Assembly: GCA_963782055.1 (NCBI GenBank)
Contig: CAWAIF010000003.1
Coordinates: 1,088,001 to 1,152,000 of the forward strand
Length of the DNA: 64,000 bases
DNA from: an uncultured delta proteobacterium
GTDB taxonomy: Bacteria; Myxococcota_A; Polyangia; Polyangiales; Polyangiaceae
Direction: 5' to 3'
A model generated the notes under the pieces. That model did not search any database. It was given only the letters and a program-made list of their open reading frames with translations, and was not told the origin of the DNA. Both the position numbers and the translations under genes were made by a program. Shown here piece after piece: positions 37,176-47,303 of this stretch. Every line of letters begins with the position of its first letter. Position 1 is the stretch's first letter.

Positions 37176-38225
37176 ATGCCTCGCGCCGCGCTCCGGATGC
37201 TCGCGTGCCTCGCGGCGGTCGTGCTCGCCCTCGCCGCCGGATGCTCCGCCGACTCCGGGCCGCCGCCCCCGCCCTACGCGAGCGCGTACCACAAGCCGCT
37301 GGTGCTGCCGAACACCGGGGCCGACACCGCCGACCCGCACTGCATCCTGTTCCAGGGCACCTGGTACCTCTACGCCACCAGCTCGCAGAAGAACCTGGAG
37401 GTGTGGACGAGCACCGACCTGCTCACGTGGAGCTACGGCGGCGTCGTGTGGCAGCCCACGCCGGGTACGTGGAACAATCTCTCCTCGACGGGGGTGTACG
37501 GGGCCTGGGCGCCCAGCGTGCACCAGGGCGACGACGGCGCCTTCTACCTCTACTACACGGCTGCGCTGCGCGTGGGCGTGGCCCGCGCCGCCACGCCGCT
37601 CGGGCCCTTCGCGGAGGTGCTCGACCACCCGCTGCTCGGCGACGGCCACGGCGGCGTGGGCGACGGCGTGCTCGTCGGGACCGGCCGCGTGGACCTGCCC
37701 AACGACTTCCAGGAGTTCGCCATCGACCCCTTCGTGCTGCGCACGTCCACCGGCGCGCGCTACCTCTACGCGGCGATCTACACCCCCATCAGCGTCATCG
37801 CCGCGTGGCCCATGACCGACATGAGCACCCTCGCGGCGAGCACGCCGACGATCGTCGGGACGCCCAACTCCTCGTGGGAGGGGGGCGTGATGGAGGGGCC
37901 GTTCGTCGTCGAGGAGGGCGGCAAGTTCCTGCTGACCTACTCCGGCAACCGCTACACGAGCGTCAGCTACGGGCTGGGCGTGGCGGTGGCGGACGACCCG
38001 CTCGGCCCCTTCACCAAGGACGACAACAACCCCTTCTTCGCGACGATGGACGCGCGCGGCATCTGGGGGCCGGGCCACCACAGCTTCGTCGATGGCGGGC
38101 ACGGCAACACGCTCATCTTCTATCACTCCAAGGCGAGCCCCGACCCGGGCGCCAACCGACAAATCCGCTTCGGACCGGTGACCTTCGGCGGGGCGGCCCC
38201 GGTGACCGTGCAGTTTCCGGGGTGA
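37176..38225 (+). CDS. glycoside hydrolase family 43 lipoprotein
   Basis: Lipobox LAAGC; ADPH, WAPSV, IDPF, MEGPF, GPGHHSF five-bladed propeller motifs. Confidence 0.9.
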   Translation: MPRAALRMLACLAAVVLALAAGCSADSGPPPPPYASAYHKPLVLPNTGADTADPHCILFQGTWYLYATSSQKNLEVWTSTDLLTWSYGGVVWQPTPGTWNNLSSTGVYGAWAPSVHQGDDGAFYLYYTAALRVGVARAATPLGPFAEVLDHPLLGDGHGGVGDGVLVGTGRVDLPNDFQEFAIDPFVLRTSTGARYLYAAIYTPISVIAAWPMTDMSTLAASTPTIVGTPNSSWEGGVMEGPFVVEEGGKFLLTYSGNRYTSVSYGLGVAVADDPLGPFTKDDNNPFFATMDARGIWGPGHHSFVDGGHGNTLIFYHSKASPDPGANRQIRFGPVTFGGAAPVTVQFPG

Positions 38226-38238
38226 GCGGTCGCGGGCG

Positions 38239-38622
38239 CTACGCGTGCTTGTGGTACGGGGCCTCCCGCTTCTCCAGGGCCTCCAGCTCCTCCGGCGTCA
38301 GGACGATCGCGTCGTGGAACTCCACCGCGACCTGGTGCGTCCACAGCGAGATGCGCTCGTCGGGGAGCGGCTCGATGCGCAGCGTCTTGCCGGTGGCCAC
38401 GCGCGGTGTCTGGGCGTCGATGGTGACGTAGAGCTCCAGCCGCAGCTCGTCGCCCACCGCCCAGTCCGGCTTTCGAAGGAGCAGCAGCGCGCCGCCCTCC
38501 GAGAGATCGGCGATGAGGGCGGTGACCCGCGCGTCCGCGCCTCTGTCCACGTAGCTGGGGAAGCACGCCACCCGCCGCGGGGCCCGCCGGCGGTCGGAGC
38601 TGGGAGGAGCCTCGTCGACCAT
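38239..38622 (-). CDS. PilZ domain protein (c-di-GMP receptor)
   Basis: RRRAPR (RxxxR) and DLSEGG (DxSxxG). Confidence 0.85.
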   Translation of the reverse strand: MVDEAPPSSDRRRAPRRVACFPSYVDRGADARVTALIADLSEGGALLLLRKPDWAVGDELRLELYVTIDAQTPRVATGKTLRIEPLPDERISLWTHQVAVEFHDAIVLTPEELEALEKREAPYHKHA

Positions 38623-38825
38623 GACTGGAGAGTACCCAGAAAGGTCGGTGTCGTCTCCCGCCACGGCGCGCCCTCTCCCGAGGACGATGACGTCCGAAAA
38701 CCGCGAGCCGCGGGCCGCGTAGCATGGCGCGAAGGCGAGCCGCGCCTTCGCGAGTCTCTGCTGGCCCCGGCGAGCGCGCCCACCGCTTGCGCCCGCGCGC
38801 GGCACGTCGCACCATCTCGGTCGGC

Positions 38826-39848
38826 GTGAGCGCATCGCTTCGTCACCTCGACAGCTACCAGCCGGTCCTCGCCGCGCTCCGTCGTGAAGGCGTGGACCCC
38901 GAAGGGCTGCTGCGCGAGCTCGGCGTGGACCCCGTGGCGCCGGTGACGCGCTCGCCGCGGCCGACGTCGCACATCGGCGTCGCGCTTCTGGAGCGCGCCG
39001 TGGCGCTGCGCGGGGAGGGCTTCGGCGCGCGCGCCGCCGCCACGCTCCGGCTGGATGCGCTCGGCGTCCTCGGTCTGGCGTGTCTCTCCGCGCCGACGGT
39101 GGGCGAAGCGCTCGAGCGCGCCCTGCGCTACCGCAGGCTCGTCTTCGACGCCGACGACTACGCCCTGGAGATCGAGGAGGGCTCCGCGACGCTCGTTCGC
39201 CGCCCGGTCCCCGCGGCGCTCGCGCGGACGCTCCCGCGCGGGGCGCGGGCGCTCGTCGAGCTGGGGCTGATCGAGCACCTCGTGGCCCTGCGCGAGATCG
39301 CGGGCGGACGCCTCGGCCCGCGGGTGGAGCTCCGCTTCGCGCACGCCGCCCCGCCGGACGGCGGCGCGGAGCTGCGCAGGGTCGCCGCGGCGCGCGCGCG
39401 CTTTGCGACATCGCGTCACGAGCTCCGCCTGCCGCGCTCCCTGCTCGCCCGCCCGACGCGTCACGGGCACCCGGCGATGGCAGCCTTCTTCGCCGACCTC
39501 GCGCGCGACCGACTCGCCGCGTCGGCAACCGCCGGCTCGGCGGCGTCATGCGTGCGTGCCTTTCTGGCGCGCGAGCTGCGCGGCGGGGCCCCCACGGCTC
39601 GCGCCGCCGCGCGCGCGCTCGGGACGAGCGACCGGACGCTCACGCGGCGCCTCGCGGCGGAGGGGACGACCTTCCCCGCGCTGCTCGACGAGGTGCGACG
39701 TGAGGCTGCGCTCGCCCTCCTTCGCCGCCAGGACGTGACACTCGCCGAGATCGCTTTCCTCCTCGGCTTCTCCGAGCCACGCGCCTTTCACCGCGCCTTC
39801 CGCCGGTGGACGGGTCGCACCCCGGGGCAGGTCCGCGCCGCGGGCTGA
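38826..39848 (+). CDS. AraC family transcriptional regulator (alternative start 38724)
   Basis: LGVLGLACLSAPTVGEAL; C-terminal ARALGTSDRTLTRRLAAEGTTF..LLDEVR...LAEIAFLLGFSEPRAFHRAFRRWTG.TP. Confidence 0.9.
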   Translation: MSASLRHLDSYQPVLAALRREGVDPEGLLRELGVDPVAPVTRSPRPTSHIGVALLERAVALRGEGFGARAAATLRLDALGVLGLACLSAPTVGEALERALRYRRLVFDADDYALEIEEGSATLVRRPVPAALARTLPRGARALVELGLIEHLVALREIAGGRLGPRVELRFAHAAPPDGGAELRRVAAARARFATSRHELRLPRSLLARPTRHGHPAMAAFFADLARDRLAASATAGSAASCVRAFLARELRGGAPTARAAARALGTSDRTLTRRLAAEGTTFPALLDEVRREAALALLRRQDVTLAEIAFLLGFSEPRAFHRAFRRWTGRTPGQVRAAG

Positions 39849-39854
39849 GCCCGG

Positions 39855-40616
39855 CTACCGAAGCGCGCAGGCGACCAGGAAGGTGGCGGAGCCCAGGACT
39901 GCGTAGTAGGCGCCGCGCGCCGGAGGCGACACCGCGGACGGTGCCTGCATCGACGGCTCCATCCAGAGGACGTTCGCGACGTTCCGCGCGAGGTGCGTCG
40001 CGGTGGCCACCCACACCGAGCCGGTGACCACGTAGATGCCGCCGAGCGCCACCCCGCCTCCCAGCCAGTTGACGAGCGACCACCGATCGGTGCGCGACGT
40101 GGGCACGTGGACCAGCGTGAAGACGGCGGCCGATGCGAGCAGGGCGATCGCGATCCCGTGGGGTCGCAGCCACGCGAAGGCGAAGGCGCGGAAGAGGAGC
40201 TCCTCCATCCACGCACCGCACGTCAGGCATGCGAGCAGCGCAACGCGCGTCTCTGCGCCGGGCACGACGAGCGACGGGCGGGCGCTGCCGCCGCTCCACC
40301 GCGCGAAGCCCGCGGCGAGGGCGAAGGTGAGGCCCGAGGCGGCCACGCAGATGACGAGGTCTCGCGGGAGCAGCCTCGTACCGAGAGAGGCGAGGGGACG
40401 CCCCGCGAGCGCGGTGTGCTCCAGCACCACCACCACGCCAATCGCGAAGTTCGCGGCGGCGGCGACCGCGAGCGACGTGGCGTCCGGTTCGCGCGCCGCG
40501 CGGCGCTTCAGGCGAGATCCGCGACGCCGCAGGACGAGCCCGGCGAGCGAGGCGAAGATCGCGTAGGTGAGCAGGCCAAGCGTGAGAAAGAAGATGCTCG
40601 CCGGCGTCGTCATCAT
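39855..40616 (-). CDS. CPBP (CAAX/Abi) intramembrane glutamic protease
   Basis: EELLFR, FTLVH, HLARN motifs; multiple TM helices. Confidence 0.85.
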   Translation of the reverse strand: MMTTPASIFFLTLGLLTYAIFASLAGLVLRRRGSRLKRRAAREPDATSLAVAAAANFAIGVVVVLEHTALAGRPLASLGTRLLPRDLVICVAASGLTFALAAGFARWSGGSARPSLVVPGAETRVALLACLTCGAWMEELLFRAFAFAWLRPHGIAIALLASAAVFTLVHVPTSRTDRWSLVNWLGGGVALGGIYVVTGSVWVATATHLARNVANVLWMEPSMQAPSAVSPPARGAYYAVLGSATFLVACALR

Positions 40617-40814
40617 GGTCGTCTCGATCTACGTCTCCCTCGATGTCCACGCCGTGACCCGCGCCGCCAGAAGAGGGACCCGCGCCGCCACCGACGAGGT
40701 CCCCGGTCTCGTGCAATCACTGCATGCGACTTCGCGCCGGTTGTCCCTCGCGCTGGGCGCATAGGGACTTACCTTTCGGGGAGCGCGGCCCAAGCTGGCC
40801 GCCGAGGAGGCGCG

Positions 40815-41741
40815 ATGTGGCCCGACATCCCCTATGAGCCCTGGCGTCCCACGTGCGAGGCGCTGCACCTGTACACGCAGATCGTCGGCAAGTACCGGCT
40901 CGCGCGCACGCCGTGGGTGAACCACTCGTGGCACGCCACGCTCTACGTCGACGGGCGCGGACTCACCACGTCCCTCGTCCCCGACGGCGCGGGCGGCATC
41001 GAGATCGTCTTCGATCTCGTCCGTCACGAGCTGCTGGGCTTCGCCACCGACGGACGCAGGGCCGGGTTCCGGCTGAGGCCGATGTCGGTCGCCGCCTTCC
41101 ACTCCGCCTTCTGCGGCGTCCTCCGCGAGCTGGGCGGCACGCCCGAGTTCCACGATCACCCGAGCGAGCTGCCCGACCCGGTGCGCTTCGTCGACGATCG
41201 CGCCGAGCGTCCGTACGACGCCGCCGCGGTCACACGCTTCTTCGAGGCGCTGGTCGGCGCGCACAACGTGCTCTCGCGCTTCCGCACCTCCTTCCTGGGC
41301 AAGGCGAGCCCGGTGCACCTCTTCTGGGGCAGCTTCGACCTCGTCCTCACGCGCTTCTCCGGCAAGCGCGCGCCGCTGCACCCGGGCGGCGTGACCGGCC
41401 TGCCCGACGACGTGGTGCGCGAGGCCTACAGCCACGAGGTCTCCTCGTGCGGCTTCTGGCCGGGCGATCGCAACTACCCTCGGCCGGCGTTCTACGCGTA
41501 CGCGTACCCCGAGCCGGAGGGTTACGCGCGCGCGCCCGTCGAGCCGTCCGCCGGCGCCTACGACGAGAAGATGCGCGAGTTCATCCTGCCGTACGAGGCG
41601 GCGCGCGCCTCGCGCGATCCGGAGGCGGTCGTCATGCGCTTCCTGGAGACGACGTACCGCGCCGCGGCCGACCTCGGCCGGTGGGACTGTCCGTCGCTGG
41701 AGTGTGAGCTGGGCGAGCCCCTCCGCCCGCGCCCGGTGTGA
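40815..41741 (+). CDS. DUF5996 family protein
   Basis: WP.IPY..W..T...LHLYTQIVGK.RL...PWVNHSWH..LY, SPVHLFWGSFDL..TRFSG, EAYSHEVSSCGFWPG; GAGGAGG RBS. Confidence 0.85.
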   Translation: MWPDIPYEPWRPTCEALHLYTQIVGKYRLARTPWVNHSWHATLYVDGRGLTTSLVPDGAGGIEIVFDLVRHELLGFATDGRRAGFRLRPMSVAAFHSAFCGVLRELGGTPEFHDHPSELPDPVRFVDDRAERPYDAAAVTRFFEALVGAHNVLSRFRTSFLGKASPVHLFWGSFDLVLTRFSGKRAPLHPGGVTGLPDDVVREAYSHEVSSCGFWPGDRNYPRPAFYAYAYPEPEGYARAPVEPSAGAYDEKMREFILPYEAARASRDPEAVVMRFLETTYRAAADLGRWDCPSLECELGEPLRPRPV

Positions 41742-41760
41742 GCGCTCTCGGCAGCGCGCG

Positions 41761-42207
41761 TCACGCGGGGCGCAGGGTGGTGCGGTCGAAGGCGCGCGGG
41801 TCCTCCTGGAGGAAAACCTCGAGGCGGTCTCTCTCCGGAGCGTCGAGCAGCGGGCCGAGCACCCCGTTCAGGCTGGCGAGGTCCCCGTGCACCGTGCGCT
41901 GCGGGTTGGCCGCCTCGCGGAGGATCTGCTCCACCTGCTTGCGGAGCGCCGTCTTCTCCGGGTCGATGAGCACGGCGTTGTGCGCGATCTTCGGGTTGTC
42001 GCGCCGCATGACCCACACGATGGTGTCGGCCATCGCCTTGTCGAAGCGCGAGACCTCGCGCCAGTCGCAACAGAAGATCAGCGGGTCTGTCGCCGCCGCA
42101 ACGAGGTTGCGGACGGCGAGGGTGAAGTCGGTGAGCTCGTCCTGCGTGAGCGGGTCGAGGTAGCGCACCTCGCAGAGCCGGCCGACCCTTCGTGTGACGG
42201 TCATCAT
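41761..42207 (-). CDS. hypothetical protein (possible STAS/SpoIIAA-like fold)
   Basis: GC3-biased ORF; LIFCCDWREV pattern typical of small myxobacterial alpha/beta proteins. Confidence 0.6.
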   Translation of the reverse strand: MMTVTRRVGRLCEVRYLDPLTQDELTDFTLAVRNLVAAATDPLIFCCDWREVSRFDKAMADTIVWVMRRDNPKIAHNAVLIDPEKTALRKQVEQILREAANPQRTVHGDLASLNGVLGPLLDAPERDRLEVFLQEDPRAFDRTTLRPA

Positions 42208-42305
42208 TGCCCGCGAGCGTATCGCGTCGCGCGGCCGGATGGGGAGGGGTGGGTCGCCCGCCACCGTGCGTTGACCGTCCCCGAGGATCGTGCACCATCC
42301 CGTCC

Positions 42306-42947
42306 ATGAAGAAGATCGCGGTTCTCGGCTCGGGCACGGTCGGGCAGACGCTCGCCGACGGATTCCTCAAGCACGGTCACGAGGTCATGCGCGGCTCGCG
42401 CGACCCGAAGAAGCTCGCGGAGTGGAAGGAGAAGGCCGGCGGCAAGGGCACGGTCGGCACCTTCGCCGACGCGGCGAAATACGGCGAGGTCGTCGTGCTC
42501 GCGGTCAAGGGGACAGGCGCCGAGTCGGCGGTGGGCCTCTGCGGCGACGCGCTGGCGGGCAAGACGGTGATCGACACCACCAACCCCATCGCCGACGAGC
42601 CGCCGGAGAAGGGCGTCATCCGCTTCTTCACCGGCCCGAACGACTCGCTCATGGAGCGCCTGCAGAAGAAGGCGCCCACCGCGCACTTCGTGAAGGCGTT
42701 CTCCTCGGTGGGCAACGCGCTCATGGTCAACCCCGACCTGGGGTCACGGCCCTCCATGTTCATCTGCGGCGACGACGAGGCCGCGAAGAAGGAGGTCGCC
42801 GGCATCCTGGAGACCTTTGGCTGGGACACCGAGGACATGGGCGCCGCCGCGGCGGCCCGGGCGATCGAGCCGCTGTGCATGCTCTGGTGCATCCCGGGCT
42901 TCCTGCGCAACGACTGGATGCACGCCTACAAGGTGCTGCGGAAGTAG
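42306..42947 (+). CDS. NADPH-dependent F420 reductase-like / dinucleotide-binding oxidoreductase
   Basis: KIAVLGSGTVG, GSRDP, VVVLAV, GKTVIDTTNP, VKAFSSV, ICGDD..AK, DMG....ARAIEP. Confidence 0.88.
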   Translation: MKKIAVLGSGTVGQTLADGFLKHGHEVMRGSRDPKKLAEWKEKAGGKGTVGTFADAAKYGEVVVLAVKGTGAESAVGLCGDALAGKTVIDTTNPIADEPPEKGVIRFFTGPNDSLMERLQKKAPTAHFVKAFSSVGNALMVNPDLGSRPSMFICGDDEAAKKEVAGILETFGWDTEDMGAAAAARAIEPLCMLWCIPGFLRNDWMHAYKVLRK

Positions 42948-42989
42948 CCGCCGCGGCCTCCCGGCGCCGGACATTGACACCCGGCGTCC

Positions 42990-43814
42990 ATGGCGAATGA
43001 TGACCTCCGGAGGCGTACGACGAGGAAGGTCATGACGGTGCGGCGGCAGCTCTTCTTCGTCCGGTGGTTACTGTGGCTGGCGTGCGTCGTCGCCATCTTC
43101 GTGGTGGCCAGGCGCACCCAGCCGCCCATCTCGTGGATCTTCGCCATCGCCCTCCTGGGCGGGATGCCGGTGGTCCGTCGCATCGCCACCAAGCTCGTCG
43201 CCCGCCGCGCCTTCGTGCGGCTCAAGCGCTTCGCGCAGGAGCGTCGCTACGCCGAGGCGCGCCGCCTCCTCGCCGATCTGCGGGGCGTCTACGCCCACTC
43301 GCCGCTGGCGCTCGAGCACATGCGCCTGCACGAGGGCTCCCTCCTCGCCCAGGAGGGTCGCTACGCCGAGGCGGCGCGCGTCTTCGAGGCGATCGACCGG
43401 CGGCGCGTGGGCCGGGGGCTTCCGCTGCTGCTCAACAACCTCGCCTGGTGCCTCGTCCGGACGGGGAAGGGCCCGCGGGCGCTGGTCCTCGCGCGCGAGT
43501 CGATCGCCGCGGGCGACGGCGGGCTCTCCGGCGGCGACCTCCAGGCGTGTCAGCTCGGCACGCTGGGTGCGGCGCTCGTCACCGACGGCAAGCCGGACGA
43601 GGCCATCGCCCCGCTGGAGCGGGCGCTCGCGTGCGGCGGCGTCCCGCGTCACCAGGCGGTGCGCGCCTTCTACCTCGGTGAGGCGCTGCACGCCGTCGGC
43701 CGCGAGGACGAGGCCGTCCTGGCGTGGCAGCGCGCCGCGAAGGCGTGCCCGGACGACGGCGTCGCCGTGGAGGCGAAGGACCGCCTCCGCCGCCACGCGC
43801 CCTACCGCAGCTGA
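42990..43814 (+). CDS. membrane-anchored TPR protein (start may be 43032)
   Basis: Two TM helices, then TPR motifs (GRYAEAARVFE, LLNNLAWCL, LGTLGAAL..DG..DEAI..LERAL, FYLGEAL...GR.DEA...WQRA). Confidence 0.75.
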   Translation: MANDDLRRRTTRKVMTVRRQLFFVRWLLWLACVVAIFVVARRTQPPISWIFAIALLGGMPVVRRIATKLVARRAFVRLKRFAQERRYAEARRLLADLRGVYAHSPLALEHMRLHEGSLLAQEGRYAEAARVFEAIDRRRVGRGLPLLLNNLAWCLVRTGKGPRALVLARESIAAGDGGLSGGDLQACQLGTLGAALVTDGKPDEAIAPLERALACGGVPRHQAVRAFYLGEALHAVGREDEAVLAWQRAAKACPDDGVAVEAKDRLRRHAPYRS

Positions 43815-43868
43815 GCCGGCTCTTCGCGCTACCCATCCCCCGCGACCCGCCCTACGTTCCTCCGGCCC

Positions 43869-45104
43869 ATGCGCACCATCCACGCCGATCACGTCCTGCT
43901 CGGGGACGTCCTCACCCCGCTCCGCGACGGCGCCGTCGTCGTCGACGAGGAGGGGACGGTCGTCGCGGTGGGCGAGGCGCGCGAGGTCCTCGGCAGCCCC
44001 GCCTTCGCCATGCTCCCGGTCGAGCGCGTCCACGGCGTCGTCTTCCCGGGCCTGGTCAACGCACACACCCACCTGGAGCTCTCCGCCCTGCGCGGCCGCG
44101 TCCCCGGCGGCTACGGCTTCGTGCGCTGGGTGGACGCGCTGGTCGGCCTGCGGACCGAGGTGACGCAGGAGGAAGAGGCGGAGGGCATCGCGCGCGCCGT
44201 CGAGGAGCTGGACGCGCACGGGACCGCGGCCGTCGGTGAGGTGACAAACTCCCTGGGCGCGGTGCACGCCCTCGCCGATCGCGGCATCGGCGGCTGCATC
44301 TTCCACGAGGTGTTCGGCACCCAGCTCGAGAAGCTGCGCGCGCGCGTGGCCGGGCTGGAGGAGGAGCTGCGCGAGCGCGTGGGCGGCTGGCCCACGCCCG
44401 ACCTCGCCTACGCGCCGGCGCCGCACACCCTCTACACGCTGCACCTGGACGTGGTGCGCATGATCGTCGACGAGGTGCGGGCGCGCGGGCGCCGCACCAG
44501 CCTGCACGTCGCCGAGCACGCGGCGGAGCGGCGCGCGCTGGAGCACGGGGACGGTCCGGTGGTGGAGTGGCTCGCCGCGCGTACCCGCACCGACCCTGCG
44601 TCCTTCGCGTGGCCGCACGCCGGGCCGATCGAGGTGGCGGCCGCCGTGGGCGCGCTCGACCCGCACGTGCTCCTGGTCCACCTGACCGACGCGCGGCCGG
44701 ACGAGCTGGCGCGCGTCGCCGCCTCCGGCGCGCCGGTGGTGCTGTGTCCGCGCTCCAACCTCTACATCGAGGCCAAGCTCCCGCCGCTGCTCGCCATGCG
44801 GGAGGCGGGCATCGAGCCCGCCCTGGGCACCGACTCGCTCGCGTCGAGCCCTTCGCTCGACGTGCTGGCGGAGGCGCGCGCCCTCGCCGATCGCTTCCCG
44901 CGCGTGCCCGCGGCGGAGCTGGTGCGCATGGCGACGCATGGCGGCGCGCGCGCGCTCGGGCGCGAGGACCTCGGCGCCATCACGCAGGGCGCGCGGCCCG
45001 GCGTCGTCGCGGTGGAGGGCAAGGTGGAGGGCAATCCCGCCGCCTGGCTGCTGCGCAACGTCAAGGCGCCGCGTCGCTGGGTCGCGCGCCGGGTGGAGCC
45101 GTGA
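43869..45104 (+). CDS. metal-dependent amidohydrolase, probable aminofutalosine (aminodeoxyfutalosine) deaminase
   Basis: PGLVNAHTHLELS, APHTLY, LHVAEH..E, LVH, CPRSN, LGTDSLAS; GTGA-coupled to the MqnP-like gene in an mqn-encoding region. Confidence 0.75.
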   Translation: MRTIHADHVLLGDVLTPLRDGAVVVDEEGTVVAVGEAREVLGSPAFAMLPVERVHGVVFPGLVNAHTHLELSALRGRVPGGYGFVRWVDALVGLRTEVTQEEEAEGIARAVEELDAHGTAAVGEVTNSLGAVHALADRGIGGCIFHEVFGTQLEKLRARVAGLEEELRERVGGWPTPDLAYAPAPHTLYTLHLDVVRMIVDEVRARGRRTSLHVAEHAAERRALEHGDGPVVEWLAARTRTDPASFAWPHAGPIEVAAAVGALDPHVLLVHLTDARPDELARVAASGAPVVLCPRSNLYIEAKLPPLLAMREAGIEPALGTDSLASSPSLDVLAEARALADRFPRVPAAELVRMATHGGARALGREDLGAITQGARPGVVAVEGKVEGNPAAWLLRNVKAPRRWVARRVEP

Positions 45105-46003
45105 GCGCCGGCGCCAGCCCCCGCACCCTGACCGAGCGCCTCCGCACCTACGGAGACCTCGTCGCCTTCTCGCACACCATCTTCGCCATGCCCTTCGCGG
45201 CGACGGCGCTGGTGCTGACGAGGGCGGTGCCCCACACGCCCTTCACGCCGTGGCGCATCGCGGCGATGGTGGTGTGCATGGTGGCCGCGCGCACCGCGGC
45301 GATGGCGTTCAATCGCTGGGCGGACCGCGACGTGGACGCGAAGAACCCGCGGACGAAGGGGCGTCACGTCCCCTCCGGCGCGGTGAAGCCGGGCGAGGCG
45401 CTCGCCCTCACCGCGCTGGCCGCCGTCGTCTTCCTGGCGGCCGCGGCGACGCTGGGCTTCTGGCCGGCGGTGCTCGCACCGGCGGTGCTCGCGGTGCTGC
45501 TCGGCTACTCGCTGGCCAAGCGCTTCACCTGGGCCGCGCACGCGTGGCTCGGCGTGGCGCTGGCGCTCGCCCCGGGCGGCGCGTGGGTCGCCGCGGGGGC
45601 GACGCCCGGCTGGGGCATCGGCGCGCTCATGCTCGGCGTGGTGACGTGGCTGCTCGGCTTCGACGTCCTCTACTCCCTCCAGGACGAGCACTTCGACCGC
45701 GCGGAGGGCCTGCACTCCATCCCGGCGCGCTTCGGCACGAGCGGGGCGCTCGTCATCAGCGGCGCCGCCCACGTGGTCACCGTGGCCTCCTTCGCGGCGA
45801 GCGGCCTGCTGCTCCACCGCGGCCTCTTCTTCTTCGTCGCGGTGGGCGCCTCCGGCGCCCTGCTCGTCTACGAGCACGCGCTCGTCGGCAGGGGCAACCT
45901 CGCCAAGATCGGCAAGGCCTTCTTCGACGTGAACGCGTACGTCAGCGTGGCCTTCTTCGCCTTCGCCGTGCTGGACGAGCTGCGCCGCTCGGGCGTGGTG
46001 TGA
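45101..46003 (+). CDS. UbiA-family prenyltransferase of the futalosine pathway (MqnP-like)
   Basis: FSHTIFAMPFA, ARTAAMAFNRWADRDVDAKNPRT..R..P.G, YSLAKRFT, GFDVLYSLQD..FDR..GLHSIPARFG, AFFDVN. Confidence 0.88.
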   Translation: MSAGASPRTLTERLRTYGDLVAFSHTIFAMPFAATALVLTRAVPHTPFTPWRIAAMVVCMVAARTAAMAFNRWADRDVDAKNPRTKGRHVPSGAVKPGEALALTALAAVVFLAAAATLGFWPAVLAPAVLAVLLGYSLAKRFTWAAHAWLGVALALAPGGAWVAAGATPGWGIGALMLGVVTWLLGFDVLYSLQDEHFDRAEGLHSIPARFGTSGALVISGAAHVVTVASFAASGLLLHRGLFFFVAVGASGALLVYEHALVGRGNLAKIGKAFFDVNAYVSVAFFAFAVLDELRRSGVV

Positions 46004-46303
46004 CCCTCACTCCGCGATGACCACCACCAGGAGGGCGTTGGGGGCGCCGCCGTGCGGACCCTGCGCGACGCCGATGCCCACGGTCTCGACGTCCTAGACG
46101 ACGTCCAGCGTGGCGATCGCGGCGAGGGACCCCAGGCTCGCCATCTGCCACTTCGACGCCCTCGGCCGGCGGAGCGCGGTCATCCTCGGGTCGATGACGG
46201 CGAGCACCGCCGACTGCGCCGCGTCCCCGGTCGCCTCGCCGCCCGCGCCACGACCCGGGCGGCGCGCCCTGCTACACTTGTCCTTCACGAAGGGAGACAC
46301 GCC

Positions 46304-47302
46304 ATGGCGAAGAGGAAGGCTCGGGCAGTAGGAGTCCACCGCGACACGGCGACGATGTCGCTCCGCCACGTGCTCCTCGGCGGCGGCGTCTTCGACAACA
46401 CCGGCGAGCACCCGAACGGGAAGGGGTGGGACATCTTCGAGCTGGGGCAGCGATCCTTCTGGGCGGTGCCCACCGCGATCGACTGGACCGAGCCGGTGCG
46501 CGAGGACCCGGAGTACGCCGAGTCCATCGCGGCGATGCTCACCTTCCTCGCCCCCGGCGAGAAGGCGGCGGTCACCGGCGCGTCGATGATCTCCCTGGCG
46601 GTGCAGAGCGAGGAGGCCAAGTTCTACTTCGCCGAGCAGGCGCTGGAGGAGGCCAAGCACTTCGACGCGCTCCGGCGCCTCGTCGCCAAGATCACGGGCA
46701 AGCCGCTGCCCGAGCCCAGCCCGTGGGTGCGCCTGCTCTACTCCTTCGGCGTCATCGATCCGGGCGACGTCGCCTTCATGATGGGGAGCATCAACATCAT
46801 CGGCGAGCACCTGGCGCACCAGATCTTCCACCAGATCAACCACGCCGCGAAGGACGAGACCACGCGCAAGGTCATCGCACTCATCGGCAAGGACGAGTCG
46901 CGCCACATCGCCGCGGGGCAGCGCTTCTTCCCGGAGGTCTACGACCAGTTCCGCAAGAACCGGCGATCCATCATGGCGAAGAACCTGGCCACCACCATCG
47001 TGCTGCTGATGGCCGGCTACGACATGGTCAACCCCATGCGCAAGCTGGGCATCGACCTGAGCAAGATCCTCGACTCCATGTACCAGCACTACGACGAGGT
47101 GACGTCGGGCCTGCCGGCGTTCCCGGAGCAGGCGATGCTCGACGCGCTCCTCGCCATCGTGCGACGCGGGACGCCGCGCGCCATCTCGGTGGTGCACAAG
47201 GTGACCGGCGACGACGGTCAGCTCGACGGCCGGCGGCTGGTCGCGCTTTGCGAGACCGCGCTCCGCTCCCCGCGCGCGCTGCGCGACCTGTTCGCGGCCT
47301 GA
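46304..47302 (+). CDS. ferritin-like diiron-carboxylate protein
   Basis: E (GEKAA)...EEAKH and E (GEHLA)...DESRH diiron ligand pattern; AGGGAG RBS. Confidence 0.8.
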   Translation: MAKRKARAVGVHRDTATMSLRHVLLGGGVFDNTGEHPNGKGWDIFELGQRSFWAVPTAIDWTEPVREDPEYAESIAAMLTFLAPGEKAAVTGASMISLAVQSEEAKFYFAEQALEEAKHFDALRRLVAKITGKPLPEPSPWVRLLYSFGVIDPGDVAFMMGSINIIGEHLAHQIFHQINHAAKDETTRKVIALIGKDESRHIAAGQRFFPEVYDQFRKNRRSIMAKNLATTIVLLMAGYDMVNPMRKLGIDLSKILDSMYQHYDEVTSGLPAFPEQAMLDALLAIVRRGTPRAISVVHKVTGDDGQLDGRRLVALCETALRSPRALRDLFAA

Positions 47303-47303
47303 C

